NCBI GenBank assembly: GCA_013239625.1
Contig: MU054400.1
Span: forward strand, 4,031,802 to 4,095,801
Length of the DNA stretch: 64,000 bases
Direction: 5' to 3'
Source: Lama guanicoe
Lineage: Eukaryota
A model generated the notes under the pieces. The model did not search any database and was not told the DNA's origin. It was given only the letters and a program-made list of their open reading frames with translations. Positions 23,241-35,960 of this stretch are shown here, piece after piece; the stretch's first letter is position 1, and each line of letters opens with the position of its first letter. The position numbers and the translations under genes were made by a program.

Positions 23241-23761
23241 GCTCAAGAGACTAGCCTGAGGCTGACTGCCCGGAAATGGGCAAGGAGCCATGAAGAACCA
23301 GCACCTGCAGCCACCGATCTGGGGGAAAAGGGCTCATGAGGCTGGGAGCCTTGGAGTCACTTTGGCTGCGCTTTAAGGACCTGCAACCATTTCTCACCTC
23401 TCTTTTGGGAATCCTTAAGGCCAACTACCTAAAAGATTTAAGCGATGGAGGGAGACAAGCAGCATTTATCGACACCATCTAATTATCAGGTCCTGTGTTT
23501 TATGTGAGTTCTTTCACTTACCTCTCTCAGAAACTGTAGGAAGAAGGTTTGGGGAAGAAGACAGACATCGATTCTGAGTCCAAGTAGACCTGAGTGGAGC
23601 TCAGATGAGCCAGAAAAAAAAGTCACCTTATATTCCGTAATTTCCAGTGACTGGATTAGAACAGTCAAGTTAGAAGCAATGTCTCCGAACGCTCCAACTT
23701 GCCTTTAGTTAGCTTATTCATAGTAGGCATGATGAAGCGATGCCATGCACAGTCTGAAGTT

Positions 23762-23907
23762 GAGGTTCTCAAACTTTCATCTGTAAATATCGCCTGGAAA
23801 CCTGATGAAAATAAAGGCTTTCAGTCTCCACCTGCCAAGATACTGGTTTAGTAGGTTTGGAGCAGGGTCCAAGAAGTGATGTTTTATCATGCAGGTGAGA
23901 ATCACTG
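23762..23907. mobile_element. MER5-like hAT-Charlie MITE
   Basis: GGTTCTCAAACTT..TCGCCTGGAAA..TTTAGTAGGTTTGG..TGAGAATCACTG. Confidence 0.65.
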
Positions 23908-25034
23908 TTAGACTATACTGCTGGGAAGGCAAAATGACCATCCTTAAGCCTGGGAGGTGGCCTTGCCCACGTTCATTTGCATCAGGAAAAGGCATGGTTG
24001 CTAATTAATTTGGAAAGTGAAGTCACTGGATTGATCCACTCTTGGTTATTGTGTATTGAGTGTGGCTGGACCTCTTCAAGATGGCGCACTACTGTCTGCA
24101 TTTATATTAGTGTAGAAGAAATGTTCTTCTATCTTTTCCTTGCATTTTCTTTTAGCTACGCTCTCTGCTGATAAGTAGCTAAACATTTCTTTACCACTGG
24201 TTATTTTGTGAGCATGTCTGTGTCCGTACAACTAAATCAGCCTGGCAAACACATTTGTAAATTCAACAGACCTGAAGACCAGCAGGGTAGACCCTTTCTT
24301 CTCCATGGCAGAGTGCACCAACCCTTGTGCCGTTGTCCCTTTCTTTGGGAGACAATGCCCTCTTCAGCCCATCAAATCTTACTCATCCTCAAAGGGTTAT
24401 TGCAAATGCAGCATCCTCCTAAAGCATTTCCTGATTTGCTTCTTCCGTTTCCTTTTTCTTGCATGGTCGAATGTGATTTCTGTCGCCTTTGAATCCTCCA
24501 AACTCACGATTGCAATTCTTTAACAGGACATTTTATTGCTTTATTAAATTACTAAAAATGCTTATTGTAATACTTAAGTACAGAGGTATCAACAGTCAAG
24601 AGTGAAGCCTCAGTCTTCTACATCTGTCCCGCTCCTTGCTACAGACTTTGCAAATGTATCTGCAACCTTGCTCAACCTTTCCTCCTAAACACACAGACTT
24701 ACTGTACTTTTTCTGGACAGTTTCATCTATAATAAAGTAGGCTTCTGTCCACTGCTCCAGCACATTCCAGAATTCCAGTAGAATGCCAAAAAATGTTCAG
24801 TCTGTTCTTTAATTTGGAGTTAAACACTATGATTCCACCTACAGGGACACTTATGAGTGGACATCCTGGTCTCTCCACCTTGTCCTGATCTCTTTCAGGG
24901 CACAAGGCGTTTATCTAGGCTCCCCCAGCGCCCCACGTGCGTATTCTCACAGTTCGAGATGACAGTGCCACTTGGACCAGCCCTCACCCTCTCTCCTCAC
25001 CTCCTCAGTCCTTTGCCTTGTTACCTCTCTCACC

Positions 25035-25308
25035 CAGGGGTAGACAAACCTTTCTGTGAAGGGCCGGACAGTAAATATGACTGACTCTGTGGAATTACTC
25101 CACGGGAAAGTGGCCAGGGGCAGTACGTAAATGGAAGGGCGTGTCTGAGTTCCCATCAAACTTATTTATGGACACTGAAATTTGAATTTCATTCTTTTAA
25201 TTTTTCCCCCCAACCATTCAAAAATGTGAAAACCATTCTCAGCTTGTGCGCCACACAGAAACTGGAAGCTGATGGATTTGGCCTAAGGACCAGGGGTACC
25301 AACCCCTG
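25035..25308 (+). mobile_element. MER58B-like hAT-Charlie MITE
   Basis: TIRs CAGGGGTAGACAAAC / CAACCCCTG; internal TTTATGGACACTGAAATTTGAATTTCA; degenerate 8-bp TSD CTCTCACC/CCCTCCCC (6/8). Confidence 0.85.
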
Positions 25309-26892
25309 CCCTCCCCCAAACTTCGCTTCCTTTTGTATTTAGCTGTTGAAGTTGGTAGTGATTTTCCATCCCCTTTAAGGGAGCGGGGTGGGGATGTAGG
25401 TCCTCAGATTCTGAGGCCGGAGGTGAGAAGGCAGAGGGACCCTCAAGTTGTTCTGGCCTTCAAGTAAATACCTCAAACGCAACAACAACAACAAAAAAAC
25501 AGACAAGGCTGGCCCTTCCAAACTATAAAATGAACTTCCTGCTGGCCCGCATCTTTTTTCTTACAGTGCTAAAAAGAGTATTTCCTTCCTGATCTTGAGT
25601 TAAAGTATCATCATTTACTGTACATATTTTATTATACTTTCTTCCATTTGATTATTTTCCTGAAAATTAAGGCTTTTCAAACTGTTTTATTGCCTCTGCA
25701 TCCTCCATGGAATGCCTGACAAATTCAGTAGCCAAACCTTTTGAAATGATTCACTCCTGAGAATTTCTACCAAGCCTGCCTTTCTCAGCCAACTCCCTTT
25801 ATCCCCATTCTATTTCGACTCCATTCTGCTATCCCTCCATTCTGTTAGAAACCGGCAAATAGAACACAGCCAGAATAAATCTTAAAAAAACTTTTTACAA
25901 ACATAGACTCTCTTGGAAATCAAACAAAAATGGGAGAGAATTGAGGGAAGACCTATTTTCCTCTCTAGACACAATTTCATCTCTTAAGTCACAAGGACCC
26001 TCTGCCTGGGGAGAGGGGATCCAAACCTTTTCACCTGCTATCCTGTCATAAATAAAACATGGCGGGCTTGTGCGGGCCTTCTGCAAAGTTCAACACTCTT
26101 GGCCACTTACATGAAGATGGAAATAAAATTCTGCTTGTGCTTGGGTTGAGTGAATCTTAGCTCTGTGACCAAGTCTAAAGTTGCTCTGAACCCCACCTCT
26201 ACCCCATTCCTGCCTTCCCTGCCTTTCTGGAAAGCAGATGTGGAATTGGTAGTAGACACTGTATCTTTCTCACATTATGAATGTCTGAGTTTCAGTGACC
26301 ACAGAGAAATACACATTGGTCAAGATGGCAGCAGGGAGTGGAGTAGTCAGACAGAAACTGCATCCAAAGAGCTCAGACGTATCTTTGACTCTGAAACCTA
26401 AACTCACACATTGGGGTCTTCAATTTACAGACTTTTCCCCTGGTCAAAAAAGAAAAGGTCTAGCAAGCCTGGAGTATACTCAGTAGCCATATTAAAGTTC
26501 TCATAAATCATTTATAGGAAGCAAAGTAAACATGCCTGTCTCTTTGTATTTTCGTTCCTTGGCAGAGAGCTCTATTTTAGCTGGCCTCACGTCAGCGTGG
26601 GTGTTTCCCCCAAGCACTCAAGTTCCTCCCGCTCATGTGATCTTTTATTTTATTGAAATGAAATACTCAGTTCTCTGTCCTCCGCACAGCTAAATATGTG
26701 GTCTACGTGGACAGTTTCAAAATGTGTTCTACCATCCCTGGCTGTGTGATGACCCCCACTCGTAAGCCAGAGGATAAACACATGCTGTATTTCCCCAGAA
26801 AGAGCCTCTCCGGGGTACATTTTCAAGGAATCATGGGCCCATTTTCAAAGATCAGTTGCAGTTCTCCTGACACGATATCATATGTTTTGGAG

Positions 26893-27125
26893 CAGGAGTT
26901 GGCAGACTTCAGCAAGGCTTGTTTTTGTATGGCTCGTGGGCAAAGAATGGCTTTAATATTTTAAAATTATTTGAAGAAATCAAAAGAATAATATTTAGGG
27001 ATCTGTGAAGATTATGTAACAGTTCCATTTCAGTGTCCATAAATAAAGTTTTATTGGATCACAGCCACGCCTATTTGTTCTGTACTGTCTTCAGTGGCTT
27101 TTGGCTCCATGGGCAAAGCTCAGTC
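26893..27125 (-). mobile_element. MER58B-like MITE, opposite orientation, partial
   Basis: CAGGAGTTGGCAGACT..TTTCAGTGTCCATAAATAAAGTTTTATTGGATCACAGCCACGCC. Confidence 0.8.
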
Positions 27126-27361
27126 CCTGAGCAGGTGCTGAGCCCTGGGGCTTTGGTTTAAAAGACATACATGTACTTGTCCACACAGGGGTTTGGAAAT
27201 ATGAGTTGGCTGGACAATCTGAGCATGTTACTGACAAGGAGGTATGGAGTTATTTTCTGGTGGGGCTGGCTTGTCACTAAAGCAGGTCTTTTAATATATT
27301 AAAAAAACTTTTTAAAAGAAACAAAATAAAACAGAAAAAACTTCACAAGAAGTTTGCTGAA

Positions 27362-27530
27362 CGCTGGTGTAGAGTATGGGCTTTGGATCAGATTTTCTTG
27401 GTTTGAATTCTGTTTGGCTCTGCCTCTTACAGTGTGAAACCTGTAAGTTCTTCCTAGCTATAAAATATTTTCTTGTCTATAAAATACCACCCACTTCATT
27501 GTTTTCTTGTAAAAGTTAAATGGGCTTCCA
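27362..27530 (+). mobile_element. MIR SINE remnant
   Basis: AGAGTATGGGCTTTGGATCAGA..TTGGTTTGAATTC..GGCTCTGCCTCTTAC. Confidence 0.6.
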
Positions 27531-28479
27531 CAGGGTCCCCACTCCCTCAGATGTCACTGTTCCAGTTGGAAGGATTGTTTCTCCTTCCTGATCAAGGCTC
27601 AGATGTTCAAATAAAGAGACTTTGCAAGGCTGGGGATTTAACTGGTATTTGGATTCAGAGAACACCAGTATCAGTCTTTTGGGTTTCGTTTTCTACCAGC
27701 TCAACTCTAAGATGATAAGAAGCACTTTTAGTACTCACTGGAAAGCCATGTGTTTTCCTCCATGCCTGGAGGCGGGGATGCCAGGTTTGGGCATGTGCTT
27801 TGCAGCTTTAATTCATCCTGAGCATTCAGAGGAGAACTTGTGATCTTGGCATTGCTCTCCTTGGGCAGTGACTTCCCAGTCCCTAAGGATTCACCTGCTC
27901 TTGTGTGCTGTCTGGGGACCACAGGCACTGGTTTGATCAAGGTCATGAGTGTTTGTATGAGCTAATTCCCAAACCTCCCCTATCACAGTTGGGAATCTAA
28001 CTTCCTTGTGCCCATCTCGGTGTGATACCCATGCTTTTATCATCATGCTCTTTGGTACTAAGTTATCAGTTGTGGTTTCTTACTTGAACACCACAGAAAT
28101 TCAGTCTGATAAAGAAAGATGCACTTGGAAGGATGCTGTCTGGCAAGTAAAATTGTAGGAAGTAAAGAGCTGCCCCATCAGGTCTCAAGAAGGAGCCAGT
28201 GAAGTGCGTGGATTTGAGAGCACAGAACTCTTTTAAACATGCTGCTGGCAGGTGACCCCCCCAACCACGCATCACTCTCTCCCCTATGACTTGGCATAAG
28301 ATTCAAAGATCTGGGAAAGCAAATCTGATGGGCCACTTATGTGGTCAGGAGGGAAGGTCTTGTCATTAAAATCCCTCGAGAATCACCTTGCCTAGGTAGA
28401 AATGTTTCACTCCTACTTTAATTTATTTTTTTGATGGTGGGTGGGGTGGGTGGAGAGAGGGGGAATTATTTCAATTTTC

Positions 28480-28620
28480 TCTCAACCTCAGTTTCCAAAA
28501 CTATAAAATCCAGGTAATTATACTTATTTTGCTCCATTGTAAAGAGTAATGAAATAACATATAGAAGGTGTTCTATACCATGCTTGACACACAGTGAGCG
28601 TGCAGTGACTGGTAAAGATT
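28480..28620 (+). mobile_element. MIR SINE remnant
   Basis: CCTCAGTTTCC..CTATAAAAT..AATGAAATAACATATAGAAGG..TGCTTGACACACAGTGAG. Confidence 0.6.
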
Positions 28621-28923
28621 ATCCTAATCATTGTCCTCTGCATCAGCTCCCTTTATACAACATTTTCCCTTCAAAAGCTGTGCTCTCAGAACCCATGACT
28701 CATAACCTAGAGCTCCATCCCTGTTTCCAGTCATCAGCCACAGCCGAAACTGCACTCGAGGGTAAAGGGATTAGATCAACAAAATAATTTATTACTCTTT
28801 AAACAAAATGCTTAGGCCACTGTCAAGGCTGTCTGTAGACCAGGTCAATAGCTGTTTTCTGATCTATTTGTTAACGTTAGATGGAAATCTCTCTTAGAAC
28901 AAGTTTGGGTCTTACTCATTTTT

Positions 28924-29416
28924 AAAAATTTTATTTTTTATTGAAGTGTAGTTGATTTGCAGTATTAGTTTCAGGTGTACAGCAAAGTGATTCAGTTATA
29001 CATATACATATGTGTGTGTGTGTGTGTGTGTGTATATATTTCAGATTCTTTTCCATTGTATGTTTTTACAGGAAATTGAAGATAGTTCCCTGTGCTATAC
29101 AGTAGGTCCTTATTGTTTACCTACTTTGTATTCAGCAATGTGTATCTATTAATCCCAAATTCCTAATTTATCCCTACCCCCATCTTCCTCCTTAGGTAAC
29201 CATAGTTTGTTTTCTATGTGAATCTATTTTTGATCTCTAAATAAAATTTGTATCTTTTTTTTTTTTAGATTCCACATATAAGTGATATCATATAATTGTC
29301 TTTCTCTGTCTGACTTACTTCACTTAATAGGATCATCTCCAGGTCCAAACATGTTGCTGCAAATGGCATTATTTCATTCTTTTTATGGCTGAGCAGTATT
29401 CCATTGTGTGTATATA

Positions 29417-29458
<42 letters not shown>

Positions 29459-29516
29459 CCACACCACGTCTTCTTTATCCGTTCATCTATCAATGGACAT
29501 TTAGGTTGTTTCCATG
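28924..29516 (-). mobile_element. Cetartiodactyl-type L1 3' end with two internal (TG)n expansions
   Basis: ATTGAAGTGTAGTTGATTT..GTACAGCAAAGTGATTCAGTTATAC..AGATTCCACATATAAGTGATATCATA..GCTGCAAATGGCATTATTTCATTCTTTTTATGGCTGAG; TSD-like TCATTTTT on both sides (28916, 29517). Confidence 0.92.
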
Positions 29517-30349
29517 TCATTTTTTTAAAGGTTAATTCAAATGATACTTACTGAGCACCTACCATAGGCAAAGCTCTGTGGGTGGGGAGACAGAGATGAA
29601 GGGAATCCTGTAAGAGTGAAGACACTGTCCTTTTTTCTTTAGAACACAATTTCCATGTGAGAGGAGGGGAGTTAACCTAAAGCAACCAGAGGGCAGCTGA
29701 ATCTAGGGGGTGTTACTGAGCTGCAAAGACTGGTTAAAGGTTGTAATTACGTCTGTGGTTCTATATGAGTACAGCACTATTGAGAAGATGCTACTGTGCT
29801 GTGTCTGTTGACAGCTTAAATGCATTTTACTAATGTAGCCTGGAGTGTCTTTATCAGCCAAATTGTGGGTTAAAAAGGATACCTGATTTGTTGTCTGTCC
29901 ATGCATTTTACAAAGCAGAGATTTCACATATCTGAGGAATTATGACTCGGCTTCTCTCCTATGAATTACAGTAGAGAATGAGAGTAAGTTGAGGCAGACG
30001 TGTATGTGGGGAGATTCATTGCTAGTCTTCCCCTCCGTGTTCATTTCCAAGAATGCTGGCTCTGAAAAAAATGTGAAATATGAGAGCATTTGGTTTATCT
30101 TTGTACTCTAAAAGTTGAGCTTGCTCTGCACAAGTCTAGTAACCCCAATAATATTATATTGATTAGATTTAATTAATTTATCCCTTTATAAATATATATA
30201 TATTTTATCTCTGGGGAATTACTGAAGACCTCTCTTTGTGGAACCAGCTAAAATATCACTTTAAAAATAATTAAAAATTTTTATCAATGAAATAGTTATA
30301 ACTATTTATTATATTTTTGAGGGGAGTCACACACCTCTCATATAAAGTA

Positions 30350-31140
30350 ATAGTAGGATCCTTTTTTCAGCATCTTATACTAGGTATTTTGGTTATCTAT
30401 TGCTGTGTAACAGATAATATCAAAATTTACTAGTTTAAAACGTTCGTTTTGTTTTGCTTATGGTTTTGTGCGTCAGGACTCTGGGAAGGGCTTGGCTTCC
30501 ATATAATGCCAGCTGGGACAGCTGAGGCTGTGGGTCCCAATTCCAGGATGGCTTCTTCACTCAGCATATCTGAGTCTTCAGGTGCTCCTTGAATTCTCTT
30601 TCCATATGGCATTTCATCCTTCAGGGCTTCTCCATGTAACTTAGGCTTCTTACAGCATGATGGTTTCATCGTTCTGTACTTTTTACACGGGAGCTGACTT
30701 CCATGAGGCAGAAGTGAATGCTACCAGGCCACTTAAGGGCTATGGCCAGACTGGTACAGCATCACTTTTTCCATATCCTCTTGGTCAAAGCAGATCCAGG
30801 GTCTGCCCAGACTCAAGGGACTGGAGAAATAGACTCTACCTCTTGATGGAGGAGGACAAAGTTGCATTGCAGGAGAGTATATGGGATGGGAGCCATCTTT
30901 AGAAAATATGATTTGCCACACTAGGCATGTTTTAAGTCTTTTCTGTAAATTGCATTCATTTGAGCCTTTCAACAACCCCATTATGAAATAGTGACTATTA
31001 TCACTACCATTTTGCAGATGAGCAAACTGAGTCCCATGGTGCTAAGTAAGCAGCCCCAAACAGTATGTAGCTGATGAGTGATGTGTCTTATTTAAACAGT
31101 GAGGAATCTGATTCCTGGGCGTATGCTCTTTACCACTATG
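30350..31140 (-). mobile_element. MIR SINE split by the MLT1 LTR
   Basis: Right part CAACAACCCCATTATGAAATAG..CCATTTTGCAGATGAGCAAACTGAG; short left stub 30350-30384. Confidence 0.7.
30385..30920 (-). mobile_element. MaLR solo LTR (MLT1G/H-like) with 5-bp TSD CTAGG
   Basis: GGTTATCTATTGCTGTGTAACA..GATGGCTTCTTCACTCA..ATAGACTCTACCTCTTGATGG..TTTGCCACA; CTAGG at 30380-30384 and 30921-30925. Confidence 0.88.
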
Positions 31141-31309
31141 TTTCCTTGCCTATCACCCAGGAAGCATCAAATCTGGGCCCAGACATATTCTTGTATGAAC
31201 AAGAAGATTTAATAGTTGTTTTAAAGCCTCTTCTTTGTACGTAGGACAAACAATGTGCACAGAAAGCACCGCAGTACATACATGTTATTCAGTAAATGTG
31301 TTACTAACT

Positions 31310-31910
31310 CACTTTACGTGTCTGAATACAAAATGACTTGTTGGGTCAAAAGGTAAGCATATTTGTAAATCTGATAAATTCTGCCAGTGACCGTCCTGTA
31401 GACTCTTATCAATGTATAATCCCCCATCCAGGTACAAGAGGTCTGTTTTCCATCTCTTTGCCAACAGTGAGATTTGAAGCTCTTTGATGTTTGCCACATA
31501 AGTCAGTGAAATATGGTATATCACAGCAATTTAATTAGCATTTCTCTTTTTATGGCTCATGTTGTTCTTCCTCTTACATATATTAAAACCATTTGTATTT
31601 CCTTTTCTGTGAACTGTCTCTTCATATTGTTGCCAATAATTTTCTATCAGGATATATATATTTATCTCACTTCCAATACTTATATGTTATGAAAATTAGC
31701 ATTATGTTGGCAAATATTTGCTAGCTTTTGCATGTGACTTTGTTTATGGTGTTTTTGTTATGCAGAATTTTAAAAAATATATAGCCAAGTTATATATATA
31801 TATATACACATATATACATATATATATTTCTTATCTGCTGAGTTTTCTGTCACACTTAGGTTTTTCTCTACTCCAAGATTATGAAAATCATCTCTTGTGT
31901 TCTATTTTAT
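31310..31910 (-). mobile_element. Old L1M ORF2 3' fragment
   Basis: TTGTTGGGTCAAAAGGTA..CTTTGCCAACA..AAATATGGTATATCA..TTTAATTAGCATTTCTCT..CCATTTGTATTTCCTTTTCTGTGAACTGTCT. Confidence 0.7.
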
Positions 31911-32245
31911 AATTTTAGGAGCCACACAACGTTCTCCACCCCAGCTGATTGAGATCAACTTTTAAAATTAGGAAAATGGACATAAAACTCTGGATTCTTG
32001 GTTGGGGAGATCCTCACCACTAGAGATGGAAACACCTGGCTGGAGGTGAGTGGAGCCCCACCCTTTGGACAGGATCTGTCCTCCTGTTTCGTCACGGTCC
32101 CTGCCTTGCTCTTTGTGTTCACTGACATTCCAAGCAATGCCTCTTAGGTGATTAAGCTAACTACTCCTGAATTAGAGCTGTATGTGAGGTGAGAGGTGAC
32201 ATATCTGAGCTGTGAAAGAGTTGGGCTCTCTTTCCATAGAAGTCG

Positions 32246-32273
32246 TTTTTTTTTTTTTTTTTTTTTTTTTTTT
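32246..32273. repeat. T28 homopolymer
   Basis: Read directly. Confidence 0.95.
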
Positions 32274-33059
32274 CCATTTTGAGTTGTCCCTTATCTCTCC
32301 ATTTTAAGTTTGTAATGTGGTGCTTCCAGAAATGAGGCACACACTCATATCCCGGAAGTGAGCAAAGCCATAGTGCAAATGCTGCACATCTTTCTGACGG
32401 ACACCTTGGCTCTGAAATTGGTGGCAGTGATATTAGTATATAATTTACTGGTAAATAATTTAAAATATTGTTGCTAAAAACAAGCATCGACTTAATTTGT
32501 AGTACAAATCAAAATTTGAATGATTTTTTTAAGATTAAAAAAACTCTAGCTACATCTTCAGGCCCCATTTATGCATTCCCTCACTGCTGATAGAAGGGTC
32601 ACTTAGGTGTAAAAGTTTGATAGCGTTGGGTAATGAACTCTATTCTAAGTGTAAATAAAGATAAATTGCACTGCCGAGTTAAGCCTTCCTACGCTTTATA
32701 TAATAATGTTATTTCAAACAGCCGATGTTAGGCTGGTGCCTGTTGATTGAGTTTCCAGGTAAAATCATGGTTACTTGGCTCAGAGGAACATTGTAAATAA
32801 CATATTATGAATAAAGACTATCTGTGAATCAAAAGGCAACATTACTACATTGAGAAAAGGAGGAAAAGTGGGAAGCCAGGGGAGGAAAATGGCATGGTTC
32901 TTGTTAAGACTTTTCAGAATTTTATTCAGATAACAGAGAACAGGTTTATTTCAAACAACAAGCATTTATTAAATGCTTAATGTGCGCCAGGAATGCCTAG
33001 TTAAACAGAACAGAGCAGTTTTATTTACAGTATTTACCACCTGATGGGGGAAAGAAGGA

Positions 33060-35960
33060 AGTTAGTGAAAAACATGATAGACTCTGTCTCTCTGCCTCCT
33101 CCAGATGCAGAACACTTAAAATGCTGGATGAGATATGTTTTAAAATAAAACATTTAAAAAGCCCGAATGAGCTGACAGTAAAGAAAATAACCCAAGGCGA
33201 GAAGCGATGAGAAAGCGCCTTTCCTTTCCCGGTGTGCATCGGTCAGTGCATCCTGTTTACAGACTTGGTTTTAATGAACTACAGCGTGGAAGTCAAAAGA
33301 CCAAGCCAGGGCCCAGAGAGGGCAAGAAGTCTGACTGGCAAACCTTCAGGCCTTGTTTAAAAACAGGACCCTAGAGGGTGACACTTACACTGGGCAAGCT
33401 GGAAAGGCTAGTCCCACAAAGGAGACGTGACCATCTTGGACTTTAAAGATACTCTTTCATAGCTCAGGTCCTTCACCTCTCACCTTACATACAGCTATTT
33501 AAAAAGAAAGGAAGGAAGGAAGGAAAGGAAAGGAATCCAGAAAACCTCATCTGAGAATTTCTAACCATCAGCCTGAGTTCACTTTAGTTTGGAGGCCATA
33601 ATTCACCCTACCTGAGTAGTCTAAAAAAATTCGAAGACAAAAATATAATAAAAATGGTCCTGGGTTGGTAAGTGCCTATAGGCAACTGGTGGAAACAAAC
33701 ATCTTTTCTTGAGGAATGTACTGTAAACACAGGTTCCAGAGAATGTCCATAGATAAAGTGGAAGGAACATGAGTTCATAATTCAAAATGTTTTAATATAC
33801 AAGGAAACTGGCTACCATGAGAGAGAGTCAGCAAAACAAACAAACAAACAAAAAAAAACCCCAAAACAAAAAAGTAGAATCAGATTTGCAAGAACTGCAG
33901 AGTCATTGATACAGACTATAAAATAGATACGTTGCGTGCATTTAAATAAATAAATGAGGATATTGAAAACATGGTAAAGGAACCAGAAACTGTCAATATT
34001 GATGAAGCAGATTTTCATGGCAAAACCAAATAAAATTTTCATTAAAAATATAATGATTAAAATAGAAAACTGAGTATGTAAATAGCAGATTGAAAGCAGC
34101 CAACAAGAAAATTAATGAACCAGAAGACAGAGCTGAATGAATTACCCAGAAAGTCACATACAGAAACAAAAATACAGAAATTATAAAACAGAAGTTAAGA
34201 GACATGGAAGATATAGTAAGAAAGTCCAATGAGTGTCTAACTGAAAACCCAGGAAGATAAAATAGAGAAAAAAGGAGAGATGATGGTCAACAAGATAATA
34301 GCTGAGAAGTTTCCTCAACTGATGAATAACTACAATCCTTAGATTAAGGAAGCTCAGGGAATCCCAACTGGAATTAAAACCCCACCTGAAAACATCCTCG
34401 TGAAACTGCAGACCACCAAAGACGAAGAGATGATCCTGAAAGCAATCGGTAAAAGAAAAAACAACCAAAGAGAAAAGAAAGATTATCTACAAAGGTGTGT
34501 TAACTAGATTGACAGCTGCCTTCTTAAAGCAACAGTGGAACCCAGAAGAAAATATAATAATATTCTCCAATGTACTGAAGAAAAAATTATTGTTGATATA
34601 GACAATTAAATATAAAACTGAATATCCAGTGAAAGTATTTTTTGAACGAAGCCCCAAATAAAGATAATTTTAGACAAAACAAACAAGCAAAAAGCCAAAA
34701 TCCTGAAGGAGTTTACTATCAATAGTTCTTCATTAATAAAAGTCTGAAGAATATATTTCAGAAGGAAAAAAAGAGCCCAGAAGAGCAAATGAAATACAGG
34801 AAGGAATGGTGTGTAAATAATATGGTATACTTGTTTGTAAACACTGACTACACCAAACAATTAAAAATCTACTTTGTGGGCATATGAAATCAGTATAGAA
34901 ATAAACTCCTCAAATACATAACGTGTAAGTCAGAAGGCATGATTGATATTTAAAGGTTCTAAGGTTCGTATGTTTTTCAAAATGAAGGTTAAGATATTGA
35001 TTAACCTTCATTTTTTAAAGTTAGATGTGCATACTGATCATTTCTAGGATACTGACAACAAAGCAGACATAGAAAATATGATTCTCAAATCAGAAAAGAA
35101 GAAAAGTGGAATGAGAAGGGGAAAAAAAAAAACACTATCAAGCCAAACGGAGGCAAGACAAGGGGCAAAATTTAAAAGCTGGACAAAGAGAAAATACAAA
35201 ACGAGACGCTAAAACTTAATCCATGTGATTTAATCAAAAGAAATATTTGATGACTTACTGAAATTTAGGGTTAAAATCAAAGACTGTCTGACTGGTGAAC
35301 AAACCAACAAATACACATCGATTCAGCAGAGTCAGATGTGGACTATTTACAAGTCCACGTAAAATGGTACAGAAGATTGAAAGTAAATGGATGGAAAAAA
35401 TTATACCAGACAAATAGGGACTCAAGACAGCTGGTATAGCCAGATTAATATTAGGTAAAATCTATTTTAAGGCAAAAGACATTCTAGAGAATGTCTGGAG
35501 AATATAATAGCTTCAAAAGTTGACAAAATTACAGTAATAGACCAGTCAGCCATCAGAGTGGGAGGTTTTCAGACTACTCCCTCAGATATTTATAGACAAG
35601 GCAGATAAGCACTCAGTAAGTGTATAGATTAACCAGATCTAATGGACATATATGGAGTACTTTCCCCAACCAGTGGAGAACATGCGGAGGATTTATGAAA
35701 ACTGACCTTGTTCTTAGACATAAGGCAATTCTCAACAAAAATTGAGAACGAGTGTCATCTAGACCCTCATTATTTAAAAAAATACAATTAACTTAGAAAT
35801 CAATAACAAAAAGATAATTTTAAGAAACAATATAGATAGAGAAATTTAAAAATATACTCCTAGGTCTCCCAGGAATCGAAGAGGCAACCAAAATGGAATT
35901 TGAAAATTATGCGAAACTGACACTTAATGAAATTGCTTTTTATGGAAATTTGTAGACATT
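33060..35960 (+). mobile_element. Old L1 (L1ME-like) 5' half: 5' UTR, decayed ORF1, start of ORF2 endonuclease
   Basis: A-rich plus strand. Translated remnants NSRL..KINEPEDR, KLRDMED..RKSN, IIAEKFPQLM, ILVKLQTTKDEEMILKA (ORF1p) and GWKKLYQ..AGIA.LILGKIYFKAK (ORF2 EN); many stops and frameshifts. Confidence 0.8.
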
